A DNA stretch of 64,000 bases from an uncultured Bacteroidia bacterium (lineage in GTDB: Bacteria > Bacteroidota > Bacteroidia > Bacteroidales > UBA932). The DNA lies in the NCBI GenBank assembly GCA_902774145.1, contig CACYHC010000003.1, positions 16,254-80,253 of the forward strand, read 5' to 3'. The notes beneath the pieces were generated by a model. The model was given only the letters and a program-made list of their open reading frames with translations. It did not search any database and was not told the origin of the DNA. Positions 38,650 to 53,474 of this stretch are shown one piece after another (position 1 is the stretch's first letter; each line of letters begins with the position of its first letter). The translations under genes and the position numbers were made by a program.

Positions 38650-39216
38650 ATGGGCGAAATGAAATGGTATGTTCTGCGCACGGCGGGCGGAAAGGAGAAG
38701 AAGGCTGCAGAATATCTTAAAAAAGAAATCGAGAGAAGCGGTCTCAGCGAACAGGTCGGGCAAGTGCTCGTTCCGGTCAAGAAAGAAATCGTCACCAAGG
38801 GAAACAAGAGGACGGTCGTGGACCGTGTCCTCATTTCCGGCTATGTCCTCATCCAGGCGGAACTCTCTCCCCTGCTTGAGAACATCATCCGGAACAACGT
38901 TCCCGGCATGTCGGGCTTCCTGACCGAAAAGAGGACCGGCGCAGGAAACCTCGTGGAGAGGATTCCCGCCCCGATGACCGACGAAGAGGCCGCGCGTATG
39001 CTCGGAACCCAGGACGAAAACGCCGAGAACGCCGCGCAGACCGTGGTGGATTACCGCGTAGGCGAGTCGGTCAAAATTACCGACGGACCTTTCAACGGCT
39101 TCAGCGGCACTGTCGATGAGATTCTGGAAGACAGAAGCAAGATCAAGGTGATTGTCGTGATCTTCGGTCGGAAGACACAACTGGAACTCAGCTTCAACCA
39201 AGTAACAAAAGAATAA
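38650..39216 (+). CDS. nusG: Transcription termination/antitermination factor NusG
   Basis: WYVLRTAGGKE, KOW motif VKITDGPFNGFSG, IFGRKTQLEL. Confidence 0.95.
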   Translation: MGEMKWYVLRTAGGKEKKAAEYLKKEIERSGLSEQVGQVLVPVKKEIVTKGNKRTVVDRVLISGYVLIQAELSPLLENIIRNNVPGMSGFLTEKRTGAGNLVERIPAPMTDEEAARMLGTQDENAENAAQTVVDYRVGESVKITDGPFNGFSGTVDEILEDRSKIKVIVVIFGRKTQLELSFNQVTKE

Positions 39217-39225
39217 AATCCTATT

Positions 39226-39669
39226 ATGGCAAAAGAAGTTACCGGATTCATCAAGCTCCAAATCAAAGGCGGAGCTGCCAATCCTGCACCTCCGGTAGGA
39301 CCGGCCCTCGGTTCCAAAGGCTTGAACATCATGGATTTCTGCAAGGCGTTCAACGCCCAGACGCAGCAACTGGCGGGCAAGACCCTCCCCGTGGTGATTA
39401 CCGTTTATTCGGACAAGTCTTTCACCTTTGTCGTGAAGCAGCCCCCCGTGGCCGTTTCCCTCAAGGAAGCCGCAAAGATCCAGACCGCGTCCGGAGAGCC
39501 CAACCGCAAGAAGGTTGCCTCCGTGACCTGGGATCAGGTGAAGGCCATCGCCGAAGGAAAGATGTCGGACCTGAACTGCTTTACCATCGCGTCCGCGATG
39601 CGTATGGTGGCGGGTACGGCCCGCAGTATGGGTATTACCGTGAGCGGTGAATTCCCCAAGGATCTTTAA
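39226..39669 (+). CDS. rplK: 50S ribosomal protein L11
   Basis: [22 protein letters not shown]. Confidence 0.98.
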   Translation: MAKEVTGFIKLQIKGGAANPAPPVGPALGSKGLNIMDFCKAFNAQTQQLAGKTLPVVITVYSDKSFTFVVKQPPVAVSLKEAAKIQTASGEPNRKKVASVTWDQVKAIAEGKMSDLNCFTIASAMRMVAGTARSMGITVSGEFPKDL

Positions 39670-39684
39670 TAAATCGCACCCGAA

Positions 39685-40389
39685 ATGAGTAAATTAACGA
39701 AAAATCAGAAAGTTGTCGAGGCCAAGTACGACCACGCGAAACTTTATCCGCTTGCTGAGGCGTGCGAAATGCTTAAAGACCTCACCTACACCAAGTTCGA
39801 CGCCACTGTCGAGCTGTCCGCCAACCTCGGCGTAGATCCGCGCAAGGCGAACCAGATGATTCGTGGCGTTGTCACGCTCCCCCACGGAACGGGTAAGGTG
39901 GTCAGGGTGCTCGCACTCTGCACGCCCGACAAGGAGGAGGAAGCGAAAGCCGCCGGTGCCGACTATGTCGGACTCGACGAGTATGTGGAAAAGATCAAGG
40001 GCGGCTGGACCGACGTGGACGTGATCGTCTGTACCCCTTCCGTGATGCCCAAGATCGGCGCCCTCGGAAAGATTCTCGGCCCCCGCGGCCTGATGCCGAA
40101 CCCCAAGACGGGTACCGTCACGATGGAAATCGGCAACGCGGTCAAAGAGGTCAAGGGCGGTAAGATCGATTTCAAGGTCGACAAGACCGGTATCATCCAC
40201 ACCGGAATCGGCAAGGTTTCCTTCACCCCCCAGCAAATCTATGAAAACGCGGCCGAGGTGCTGAACGCCATCTCCAAGCTTAAGCCGCAGTCTCTCAAGG
40301 GGACTTATATGAAGAGTGCAGCCCTCTGCACCACGATGAGTCCCGGTATCAAAGTCGATCTCAAGGCATTCCTCAACGGTGCCGAGTAA
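39685..40389 (+). CDS. rplA: 50S ribosomal protein L1
   Basis: [29 protein letters not shown]. Confidence 0.98.
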   Translation: MSKLTKNQKVVEAKYDHAKLYPLAEACEMLKDLTYTKFDATVELSANLGVDPRKANQMIRGVVTLPHGTGKVVRVLALCTPDKEEEAKAAGADYVGLDEYVEKIKGGWTDVDVIVCTPSVMPKIGALGKILGPRGLMPNPKTGTVTMEIGNAVKEVKGGKIDFKVDKTGIIHTGIGKVSFTPQQIYENAAEVLNAISKLKPQSLKGTYMKSAALCTTMSPGIKVDLKAFLNGAE

Positions 40390-40401
40390 AAATTCAATAC
40401 T

Positions 40402-40914
40402 ATGAAAAAAGAACTGAAAGGTCAGATTATTGAAGGTATCTCGGCGAAGATGAAGGAGTTCCCCAACTTCTACATCACCGACATCGCCGGTCTGAATGCT
40501 GAGCAGACTTCGAAACTCCGTCGCGAATGTTTCAATAACGGTATCGTTCTTACGGTCGTCAAGAACACGCTTCTTGCGCACGTGCTCAAGGAGATGAACG
40601 AGGACGTACAGTCCCTCTCCGAGACGCTCGTGGGCAACACCGCCCTGATGTACACCCAGGTTCCTGCCGCCCCCGGAAAGCTCATCAAGAAGCTTCAGAA
40701 GGAAGGGTTCAGCAAGCCCGTGGTGAAGGGCGCGTATGTCCAGGAGTGCGTCTTCATCGGTGAGGACAAGCTCGATATGCTTGCCGGCATCAAGACCCGC
40801 GAAGAACTTATCGGCGATATCATCGGTCTCCTCCAGAGCCCTGCACGCAACATCGTTTCCGCGCTGCAGAATGCCTGCGAGGGCAAGAGCGACGACGAGA
40901 CACTCAAGCAGTAA
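40402..40914 (+). CDS. rplJ: 50S ribosomal protein L10
   Basis: LRRECF, VVKNTL, IIGLLQSPA; operon position. Confidence 0.95.
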   Translation: MKKELKGQIIEGISAKMKEFPNFYITDIAGLNAEQTSKLRRECFNNGIVLTVVKNTLLAHVLKEMNEDVQSLSETLVGNTALMYTQVPAAPGKLIKKLQKEGFSKPVVKGAYVQECVFIGEDKLDMLAGIKTREELIGDIIGLLQSPARNIVSALQNACEGKSDDETLKQ

Positions 40915-40941
40915 TATTAACAATCAAAAAATAAAACAATT

Positions 40942-41316
40942 ATGGCAGATGTAAAAGCCCTCGCAGAAGAGCTCGTTAGCCTTTCTGTGAAAGACGTTCA
41001 GGAACTCGCTAAGATTCTTGAGGAAGAGTATGGTATCAAGCCCGCCGCCGCGGCTGTCGTGGTCGCCGGGGACGCCGGTGCCGGCGCCGCCGCTGAGGCT
41101 GAGCAGACTGAATTTGACGTTGTCCTCACCTCCGCTGGTCAGGGTAAGCTCAATGTGATCAAGGTCGTCAAGAACGAACTCGGTCTCGGTCTGAAGGAAG
41201 CGAAGGATCTCGTTGACGGAGCTCCTTCCACCATCAAGGAGAAAATTTCCAAAGCAGAGGCCGAAGCCCTCAAGGCTGCTCTTGAGGAGGCCGGAGCAGA
41301 AGTTGAGATTAAGTAA
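40942..41316 (+). CDS. rplL: 50S ribosomal protein L7/L12
   Basis: [24 protein letters not shown]. Confidence 0.98.
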   Translation: MADVKALAEELVSLSVKDVQELAKILEEEYGIKPAAAAVVVAGDAGAGAAAEAEQTEFDVVLTSAGQGKLNVIKVVKNELGLGLKEAKDLVDGAPSTIKEKISKAEAEALKAALEEAGAEVEIK

Positions 41317-41347
41317 CTTCACCGCTCTCCCTGCTTAGGGGACAAAC

Positions 41348-41384
41348 AGGTTTAGAGCCGGTTTCAAGGCTCTAAACCTTTTTT
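41348..41384 (+). terminator. Intrinsic terminator after rplL
   Basis: AGGTTTAGAGCC-N8-GGCTCTAAACCT followed by TTTTT. Confidence 0.8.
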
Positions 41385-41417
41385 CCGTATAAAAATTTTC
41401 ATTCCTCAGGGTCAAAC

Positions 41418-44400
41418 ATGTCAAAGAAGATCAACAACAAGCGTATTAATTTCGCAACATCGAAAATCCTGGAATACCCCGACCTTCTGGAAGCGCAAAT
41501 CAAGTCCTTCAAGGACTTCTTCCAGATGGAAACAACCTCGGAGAACCGCAAGAACGAAGGGTTGTATCAGGTCTTCCAGGAGATTTTCCCCATTGAAGAC
41601 ACCAGGAACAACTATAAGCTCGAATTCGTCGATTATTTCATCGATCCGCCCAAGTACACCGTAGCGGAGTGCCTGGAGCGCGGGCTTACCTATCACGTTC
41701 CCCTCAAGGCGAAACTCCGCCTCTCGTGTACGGACCCCGAGCACGAGGACTTCGATACGAAGGTGCAGGACGTTTATCTGGGGGACATCCCCTATATGAC
41801 GCCTGCCGGCACCTTCGTCATCAACGGATCGGAGCGCATCATCGTTTCCCAGCTGCACCGCTCGCCGGGCGTATTCTTCGACCAGAGCATGCACGCCAAC
41901 GGAACGAAGCTCTATTCCGCGAGAATCATCCCCTTCAAGGGCTCGTGGATTGAGTTCGCCACCGACATCAGCAACGTGATGCACGCCTACATCGACCGCA
42001 AGAAGAAGCTGCCGGTAACCACCCTGCTCAGGGCCATCGGATTCAACTCCGACAAGGACATCATCGACATCTTCGACCTCGCGGACGAGGTAGCCGTCAC
42101 CAAGAAAAACCTGAAGGCCAATATGGGCCGCAAGCTCGCTGCCAAGGTGCTCAAGACCTGGACCGAGGACTTCGAGGACGAGGATACCGGAGAGGTCATC
42201 CCCATCGAACGTACCCAGCCCGTGGTGGACCGTGGCCAGGAGCTCAACGATGACACCATCGAGGCCATTCTCGAAACGGACGTCAAGACCATCCTCCTGC
42301 AGAAGGACGAGGCCGGTTCCGCCGAGTACTCGATTATCTTCAACACCCTCCAGAAAGACCCGACCAATACCGAGATAGAGGCCGTCAACTACATCTACAA
42401 GCAGCTCCGGAATTCCGAACCGCCCGATGAGAGCACGGCCCGTGACGTCATCGAGAAGCTCTTCTTCTCCGAAAAGCGTTACGATCTGGGTATCGTGGGC
42501 CGTTACCGCCTGAACAAGAAGCTGGGCCTCACCACGGATCCCGGCGTGCGCGTGCTGACGAACACCGATATCATCGAAATCATCAAGTATCTCATCCAGC
42601 TCATCAACTCGAGGGCCGTGGTGGATGATATCGACCACCTCAGCAACCGCCGCGTCCGCACCGTCGGCGAGCAGCTGGCCAACCAGTTCAGCGTAGGCCT
42701 GAGCCGTATGGCCCGGACCATCCGCGAGAGGATGAACGTACGCGACAGCGAACAGTTCAACCCCATCGACCTGATCAACGCGAAGACCCTTTCGTCGGTC
42801 ATCAACTCGTTCTTCGGCACCAGCCAGCTGAGCCAGTTCATGGACCAGACGAACCCGCTCGCCGAGATTACGCACAAGCGCCGTCTTTCCGCTCTCGGCC
42901 CGGGAGGTCTCTCCCGCGACCGCGCCGGATTCGAGGTGCGCGACGTGCACTACACCCACTACGGACGCCTTTGCCCGATCGAGTCGCCGGAAGGACCGAA
43001 CATCGGTCTGATTTCGTCGCTGTGCGTCTATGCGCGCATCAACGCCCTCGGCTTCATCGAGACGCCCTACCGGGATGTCAAGGAAGGCAAAGTGGACCTG
43101 AGCGCCTCCGGCTGGCACTATATGAGCGCCGAAGAGGAGGAGAACAAGAAGGTGTCCCTGGCGAACGTACGGATGGACGACGAAGGCAACATCCTCGAGG
43201 AGCGCATCCAGTGCCGTCTCGAGGCCGACTTCCCCGTCGTCACCAAGGAGGAAGTGGACTATATGGACGTGGCGCCGAACCAGATGGCTTCCGTCGCCGC
43301 CTCCCTGATTCCGTTCCTCGAGCACGACGATGCGCACCGCGCCCTGATGGGTGCGAACATGATGCGCCAGGCCGTTCCGCTCCTCAAGCCCGAAGCCCCG
43401 ATCGTGGGTACCGGTCTGGAAGAGCGCGTCTGCCTGGATTCCCGCACCCAGTTCATCGCCGAGCGCAAGGGTGAAGTCACCTATGTGGACGCCAACGAAA
43501 TCCACATCAAATACGAACGCAGCGAGGACGAGAAATTCGTCAGCTTCGCACCGGAGGAGACCGTCTACAAGCTCCCCATCTACCGCAGGACCAACCAGAA
43601 CACGACGGTGAACCTCATCCCCCTCGTCCGCAAGGGCGACAAGGTGGAGAAGGGCCAGGTCCTCACCGAGGGTTACGCCTCCCAGGACGGCGAGCTCGCG
43701 CTCGGCCGCAACCTCAAGGTGGCGTTCATGCCCTGGAAGGGGTACAACTATGAAGACGCCATCGTCCTGAGCGAGGAAATGGTGAAGTGGGACATCCTCA
43801 CGAGCGTCCACGTGGACGAGTACCTCACCGAGGTGCGCGACACCAAGCGCGGTATGGAGGAACTCACCTCCGATATCCCGAACGTCAGCGAGGATGCCAC
43901 CAAGGACCTCAACGAGAACGGTATCGTACGCATCGGCGCGCACATCGAGCCGGGCGACATCATGATCGGCAAGATCACCCCGAAGGGCGAGAGCGATCCG
44001 TCCCCGGAGGAGAAGCTGCTCAAGGCCATCTTCGGCGACAAGGCCGGCGATGTCAAGGACGCTTCCCTGAAGGCGAATCCTTCGCTGAGCGGTACGGTGG
44101 TCGGCACCGCCCTCTACGCCAAGCTTTCCAAGGAAGGCGGCCGCAGGGGCAGCGCCAAGAACGACCAGAAGACCCGTCTGGAACTGCGCGAAGCAGAGTT
44201 CAACCGCAAGGCGGAAAAACTGCGCGCAGACTTCATCCAGAAGCTCTTCACGCTCACCAAGAACCGCAAGAGCGCCGGCGTGGACGACCTTTACGGCGTG
44301 GAAATCATTCCCAAGGACCGGAAGTTCACCCTCGAACTGCTCAAGGGTATCGACTACCTCACCGTAGGCTCCGCCAAGTGGACCGCAGACAAGGAGGTGA

Positions 44401-45239
44401 ACGCGATGATCCGCGACCTCATCAACAACTACTGCACCACCCTGAAGGCGGAAACCGCGGTTTACAAGCGCGAAATCGACAAGATCAAGATCGGCGACGA
44501 ACTGCCCAACGGCGTGATGCAGCTGGCCAAGGTCTACATCGCCAAGAAGCGCAAGATCACCGTCGGTGACAAGATGGCCGGCCGTCACGGCAACAAGGGT
44601 ATCGTCGCGAAGATCGTCCGTCAGGAGGATATGCCTTTCCTCGCGGACGGCACCCCCGTCGATATCGTCCTGAACCCGCTCGGCGTGCCTTCGCGTATGA
44701 ACCTCGGACAGATTTACGAAACCGTGCTCGGCTGGGCGGGCTACCGCCTCGGCCTGAAGTTCAGCACCCCGATTTTCGACGGTGCGAGCATCGGCGAAAT
44801 CTGCGACTATACCGACAAGGCGGGCGTTCCCCGTTTCGGCAAGACCATGCTGCGTGATGGCGGCACCGGCGACTGGTTCGACCAGCCCGCTACGGTCGGC
44901 GTCATCTACATGATCAAGCTCGGTCATATGGTCGACGACAAGATGCATGCGCGTTCCATCGGACCGTACTCCCTGATTACGCAGCAGCCGCTCGGCGGTA
45001 AAGCCCAGTTCGGCGGACAGCGTTTCGGAGAAATGGAAGTCTGGGCCCTCGAGGCGTTCGGCGCCGCGAACTCGCTCCAGGAAATCCTTACGGTCAAGTC
45101 GGACGACATCACCGGAAGGTCCAAGACCTACGAAGCCATCGTCAAGGGCGATCCGATGCCGCCGGCAGGCGTCCCCGAATCCCTGAACGTGCTGCTTCAC
45201 GAACTGCGCGGACTCGGTCTGAAGGTTACGTTGGAATAA
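41418..45239 (+). CDS. rpoB: RNA polymerase beta subunit
   Basis: [36 protein letters not shown]. Confidence 0.99.
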   Translation: MSKKINNKRINFATSKILEYPDLLEAQIKSFKDFFQMETTSENRKNEGLYQVFQEIFPIEDTRNNYKLEFVDYFIDPPKYTVAECLERGLTYHVPLKAKLRLSCTDPEHEDFDTKVQDVYLGDIPYMTPAGTFVINGSERIIVSQLHRSPGVFFDQSMHANGTKLYSARIIPFKGSWIEFATDISNVMHAYIDRKKKLPVTTLLRAIGFNSDKDIIDIFDLADEVAVTKKNLKANMGRKLAAKVLKTWTEDFEDEDTGEVIPIERTQPVVDRGQELNDDTIEAILETDVKTILLQKDEAGSAEYSIIFNTLQKDPTNTEIEAVNYIYKQLRNSEPPDESTARDVIEKLFFSEKRYDLGIVGRYRLNKKLGLTTDPGVRVLTNTDIIEIIKYLIQLINSRAVVDDIDHLSNRRVRTVGEQLANQFSVGLSRMARTIRERMNVRDSEQFNPIDLINAKTLSSVINSFFGTSQLSQFMDQTNPLAEITHKRRLSALGPGGLSRDRAGFEVRDVHYTHYGRLCPIESPEGPNIGLISSLCVYARINALGFIETPYRDVKEGKVDLSASGWHYMSAEEEENKKVSLANVRMDDEGNILEERIQCRLEADFPVVTKEEVDYMDVAPNQMASVAASLIPFLEHDDAHRALMGANMMRQAVPLLKPEAPIVGTGLEERVCLDSRTQFIAERKGEVTYVDANEIHIKYERSEDEKFVSFAPEETVYKLPIYRRTNQNTTVNLIPLVRKGDKVEKGQVLTEGYASQDGELALGRNLKVAFMPWKGYNYEDAIVLSEEMVKWDILTSVHVDEYLTEVRDTKRGMEELTSDIPNVSEDATKDLNENGIVRIGAHIEPGDIMIGKITPKGESDPSPEEKLLKAIFGDKAGDVKDASLKANPSLSGTVVGTALYAKLSKEGGRRGSAKNDQKTRLELREAEFNRKAEKLRADFIQKLFTLTKNRKSAGVDDLYGVEIIPKDRKFTLELLKGIDYLTVGSAKWTADKEVNAMIRDLINNYCTTLKAETAVYKREIDKIKIGDELPNGVMQLAKVYIAKKRKITVGDKMAGRHGNKGIVAKIVRQEDMPFLADGTPVDIVLNPLGVPSRMNLGQIYETVLGWAGYRLGLKFSTPIFDGASIGEICDYTDKAGVPRFGKTMLRDGGTGDWFDQPATVGVIYMIKLGHMVDDKMHARSIGPYSLITQQPLGGKAQFGGQRFGEMEVWALEAFGAANSLQEILTVKSDDITGRSKTYEAIVKGDPMPPAGVPESLNVLLHELRGLGLKVTLE

Positions 45240-45259
45240 TTTTTTGAACGACTTTGGTT

Positions 45260-49510
<4,251 letters not shown>

Positions 49511-49570
49511 TCAATTATAGGAAATCGGCCTCCCAGCCCTATGGGGGGGCGATTTCAAGCACTGAGGAGG

Positions 49571-49602
49571 GGCGCGGAAATTTGCTTTTCCGCGCCTTTT
49601 TT
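49571..49602 (+). terminator. Intrinsic terminator after rpoC
   Basis: GGCGCGGAAA-TTTGCT-TTTCCGCGCC then TTTTTT; a second hairpin GAAATCG...CGATTTC lies just upstream. Confidence 0.8.
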
Positions 49603-49612
49603 CGTACCTTTG
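49581..49612 (+). promoter_or_regulatory. Promoter of the type V pilus operon, overlapping the rpoC terminator
   Basis: TTTG (49581-49584, in the hairpin loop), 20-nt spacer, TACCTTTG (49605-49612); ATG at 49626. Confidence 0.7.
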
Positions 49613-49625
49613 CGGAATAATTCGA

Positions 49626-50345
49626 ATGGTTAGAAAGAAGGCTGTCATACGGTTGATAGCAATGTTGCTCTTACTGGAAGGAACGACGGGGAAGGCTCAG
49701 GCCACCCAAAGCGACAGTTCTTCCTGGAGAGGTGCGTCCCTTCGCACAAATCTGGTCTACGCGGCATCGGCCAGCGCCAATCTGGGCGTGGACTTTGCCA
49801 TCGGCGAACATTTTTCCCTCGGTGCGAACTTCGGCCTGAAGGCCTGGCCGCGCTGGCTTGCCTGGGACCTCGATAGGGAAAATCCCAAAAAGTGGAAGCA
49901 TATCCTGATTGCCCCGGAACTGCGCTGGTGGCCCGAACAGGTGTATCAGCACTGGTTCGTGGGCGCTGATCTGGTCTGGAGCCATTTCAACGTAGGGCAG
50001 GTCAATTTTCCGTTCGGAATGTATCCGGATGTCCGTAATCAGCGCTTACAGGGGGATGTCTATGCCCTGGGGCTGTTTGGCGGCTATTCCTGGCGGTTGG
50101 CACGGCATTGGCGCATCGAGGCGGAAGCCGGTATCGGCGTGGGCTATTACGGGGCCCAGCGTTACGAATGCGCCCATTGCGGTGCGCCCCTCGGGCCTGC
50201 GGAAGGGCTGGCAATCATCCCTAAACTCGGCGTGAACATCGCCTGGGACATTACGGCCCAGGAACGGCCGAAAGACAAAAAGAAGCGCGAAGCCGCCCGA
50301 AAAGAACTATTGAACGAAATTAACCAAAACAATCATAATAACTAA
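49626..50345 (+). CDS. DUF3575-like outer-membrane beta-barrel protein (pilus-associated)
   Basis: LRTNL..A...NLGVDF, PELRWW, HWFVGADL...FNVG, RLQGD..ALGLFGGYSW, IEAEAGIG. Confidence 0.8.
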   Translation: MVRKKAVIRLIAMLLLLEGTTGKAQATQSDSSSWRGASLRTNLVYAASASANLGVDFAIGEHFSLGANFGLKAWPRWLAWDLDRENPKKWKHILIAPELRWWPEQVYQHWFVGADLVWSHFNVGQVNFPFGMYPDVRNQRLQGDVYALGLFGGYSWRLARHWRIEAEAGIGVGYYGAQRYECAHCGAPLGPAEGLAIIPKLGVNIAWDITAQERPKDKKKREAARKELLNEINQNNHNN

Positions 50346-50354
50346 ACATCTACA

Positions 50355-52472
50355 ATGATGAAAATGAATTTCAAAACTCTCCTGCTGGGAGCCCTGGCGA
50401 TGACCGGACTCCTGGCCTCCTGCAACAAGGAGAACAATGCCGCTGATGAGCTGGGCGGCGAAAAAGAAGTCAGCGCCCAGTTCGTCATGTCCGTAGCCAC
50501 CGGATCTTCCCCGTCCAAGCAGACGGCCGTCAATGTCCAGCGGAACAACAACTTCCTGGGTATCGATGACGCCCGCATCCTGGCATTCAATACCGGCGTC
50601 GGCGATGTTCCCTACGTCAACAGCAGCACCACGGCTGCGCTCAAGGAGTTCAAACTCGGGACCCTTTACACCAGCGGTCAGATCAACGCGGAAGAGAACG
50701 CTACCAGTTCCTCCAACCGCGTGCTGCAGCTCAGCATCCCCATCAACACCGATGCGATGCTCTTCTACGCCACGCTCATCAACGAGCAGCCCGGCCGTAT
50801 CCAGGGTAAAGTGGACGCCCACCTCAGCAATACGCCGAAGGACATCTACTTCGACCTCTGCCCCAGGCTTGGCGACAATGCTACCGCCTATGCCCAGACC
50901 GAGGCCCTGATGGTCTATGTGCTGAACCGCGTGATGAAGTCGGAAGTTAACGCCCTGGCCCCCGGAGACTCCTTCAATGGATACGAAGACCTTCCCGCCC
51001 TTTCCTGGCAGCAGCTCGGCATCCAGTACGAGATCAATAACGAACTCTACGGCCGCACCGGAACCAAGGTGGAGCAGACTCCGCTCGAGGAGAACCTCGC
51101 GAAGACCTACTCTATGATGACCTACATCAAGCCGGGCGAATACCGTGCCGGTGCCTCCAGTTCGGTCAAGACGATGGTCGCCGACCTTGACAAGGTGGCC
51201 GTCGCCACCATCAACGCCACCGCGACCAATGCCGGCGAAGCCAATGCCCAGCGTCTTGCGGAAGACATCCACTCCCGCATCGAAAGCTACTTTTCCGCCA
51301 ACGACGAGTATATGACCATCTCCACCATCAAGAACAGGATGATCAACACCTACTCCCTGATGACGGAAACCGAGTGGAACGCCAGTTTCGAATACGCCCA
51401 AGACCTGAACGGCTTCCCCTATGAGGACTTCGGCCTTCCGATGGGTGTCGCCCAGTTGCAGTATAACGATACCGACTTCTTCTCCTACAAGCTCCCCAAC
51501 GAGGCCCTGCTGAGCCCGGGCAATGATTTCGACCCGACGCACTATATGTTCCCCGCCGAACTGATGTACTACGTCAACAGCGGTCTGCGCGTTACCTCCA
51601 AGGAGAACCTCTCCATCTCCGACTACCCCAACGGTACCGGTCCCTGGGACGATGACAGCAGCGTAGGCAACAAATGGACGGCCGGCGCCTGGACCAAGAA
51701 CGGCAAGGTGACCTCCTCCACCCGCGGCGTCGCCATCCGCGACAACATCAACTATGGCGCAGCCCTGCTCCAGACCAACGTCACCTGGAATGGCAACACC
51801 ACCCTCAACGACAACCGCAAGGCCATCACCAACAATGCCGAGAACGACCGCGTATTCAGCGTCAACGACGCCCACTTCGTCCTCAAGGGCATCCTGATCG
51901 GCGGCCAGAACTCCCGTATGGGCTGGCAGTATCTCAAGCGCGGCGCCAGCGGTGACCCCGCCCTCTTCAACTACGTGGTCTATGACGATCACATCGCCAG
52001 CAGCGCCATCCCGACCGCCGCCCCCAACTATACCCTGCTCTTCGATAACTACGACGCCACCCTCCCCGACAACGGACAGGCCGACGTCTATGTGGCCCTC
52101 GAAATCCAGAACAACGGCGACGACTTCTGGGGACGTGACAACATGGTCCGCAGCGGCGGTACCTTCTACCTCCTCGGACAACTCAAGAACAGCGAAGGCG
52201 GTACGATCACCTGGCCCACCAATTACCAGGTCCCGCCCATCTACGGCGTGGACGGCGAAGAGGTTCCTCCCGGAAAGACTGCAGGCGCCTCCAAACAGAT
52301 CCCGCGTGTCTTTATCCAGGATTTCATGACCAAGGCGACTTTCCGCATCGGCCAGATGTCCCTGCATAATGCTTACGTGACGACGCCTGACCTGCGTACC
52401 ACCCAGATGAGCCTCGGTCTTTCCGTTGACCTGAGCTGGGAGACCGGTTACGAATTCTTCGTCGATCTGTAG
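50355..52472 (+). CDS. Type V pilus major subunit (Mfa1/FimA-like) lipoprotein
   Basis: Lipobox LLASC, PSK|QTAVNVQRNNNFLGI N-terminus, C-terminal LSVDLSWETGYEFFVDL strand; strongly C-ending codons like tuf/rpo. Confidence 0.75.
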   Translation: MMKMNFKTLLLGALAMTGLLASCNKENNAADELGGEKEVSAQFVMSVATGSSPSKQTAVNVQRNNNFLGIDDARILAFNTGVGDVPYVNSSTTAALKEFKLGTLYTSGQINAEENATSSSNRVLQLSIPINTDAMLFYATLINEQPGRIQGKVDAHLSNTPKDIYFDLCPRLGDNATAYAQTEALMVYVLNRVMKSEVNALAPGDSFNGYEDLPALSWQQLGIQYEINNELYGRTGTKVEQTPLEENLAKTYSMMTYIKPGEYRAGASSSVKTMVADLDKVAVATINATATNAGEANAQRLAEDIHSRIESYFSANDEYMTISTIKNRMINTYSLMTETEWNASFEYAQDLNGFPYEDFGLPMGVAQLQYNDTDFFSYKLPNEALLSPGNDFDPTHYMFPAELMYYVNSGLRVTSKENLSISDYPNGTGPWDDDSSVGNKWTAGAWTKNGKVTSSTRGVAIRDNINYGAALLQTNVTWNGNTTLNDNRKAITNNAENDRVFSVNDAHFVLKGILIGGQNSRMGWQYLKRGASGDPALFNYVVYDDHIASSAIPTAAPNYTLLFDNYDATLPDNGQADVYVALEIQNNGDDFWGRDNMVRSGGTFYLLGQLKNSEGGTITWPTNYQVPPIYGVDGEEVPPGKTAGASKQIPRVFIQDFMTKATFRIGQMSLHNAYVTTPDLRTTQMSLGLSVDLSWETGYEFFVDL

Positions 52473-52481
52473 CCTCTCAAA

Positions 52482-53474
52482 ATGCGTCTGTCCGCCGTTA
52501 CTCTCCTCTATACGTCCACACTCCTTTTGCTCCTCAGCGGATGCAAATACCTTGTGGATGAGGATTTGAGTGACTGCGGCGGATACAACGAAGTGGATTG
52601 TGAACTCCGCCTGCAGACCAATATGCAGGCGGAGTTGTCCACAGTCCTGGACCTTGAAGGGGACATTTACGTGTCCCAGGCGCTCGAGTCCTGGCTGGGC
52701 AGAATTTTTTCTGCGTACGCACGCGATATCGACCTGTCTTTCTACGAACCGGAAGCGCCCTTCCAAAGACTGGAGCACCTGCAGGAGAAGATGAACGGAA
52801 AAGAAGCCGTCTACAGTTTCTACCTTCCCGCCAAAGCCTATCTGCACCACGCCGTAGCCAACATCAGGGACAACGATCAGGTCTTCCTGGAGTCGGCGGA
52901 GACCGTCGGGAGCGCCGTCCTGCAACAGAAAGCCGTGAACGATACGGTACACAGTTTCAATACCGGTATTTTCACGGGGCGCAAGGAAATCCGTATGGAG
53001 GATTATGTAGACAACCGGATTGACGTCCATCTGTACTTTACCAACGCCGCTTCGGCTCTGGTGCTCGACGAAGCCAAAGGCCGCTCGGCGGGTAGCGTCA
53101 AAGTCTATGCGACCGGATTTGCGGATGGCTTCCAAATCGCGGACAGTTGCTTCCTTTTCCGGCAAAAGACCATCGTTTGCACGGAAGACCTGCCGGTCAG
53201 CGGAGGATCGGAGACCTGTTATGCCGCCATCCATTTTCCTTCCCGGGATTCTGCGGAAGGCGATATCTGGGGCTGGCACGTTTACGTTTCCCTTCCGGAC
53301 GGCACCGTCACCTGCTCCGTCCTGGGCGTAAAAGAACCGCTTCAGGCCGGCTGCCTGAAGATTATCAAGGCCAAGATTTTTGAAAACGGCGTCGTGTCCG
53401 TCACCGACCCCACAATCAGCGTGAGCGTCAAACTCGACTGGCACGAGGGAGAAGAATATGACCTGGAATTGTAA
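52482..53474 (+). CDS. FimB/Mfa2-like anchor pilin lipoprotein
   Basis: LSGC...EDLSDC N-terminus, C-terminal ISVSVKLDWHEG; no SR/SK site after the first strand. Confidence 0.65.
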   Translation: MRLSAVTLLYTSTLLLLLSGCKYLVDEDLSDCGGYNEVDCELRLQTNMQAELSTVLDLEGDIYVSQALESWLGRIFSAYARDIDLSFYEPEAPFQRLEHLQEKMNGKEAVYSFYLPAKAYLHHAVANIRDNDQVFLESAETVGSAVLQQKAVNDTVHSFNTGIFTGRKEIRMEDYVDNRIDVHLYFTNAASALVLDEAKGRSAGSVKVYATGFADGFQIADSCFLFRQKTIVCTEDLPVSGGSETCYAAIHFPSRDSAEGDIWGWHVYVSLPDGTVTCSVLGVKEPLQAGCLKIIKAKIFENGVVSVTDPTISVSVKLDWHEGEEYDLEL

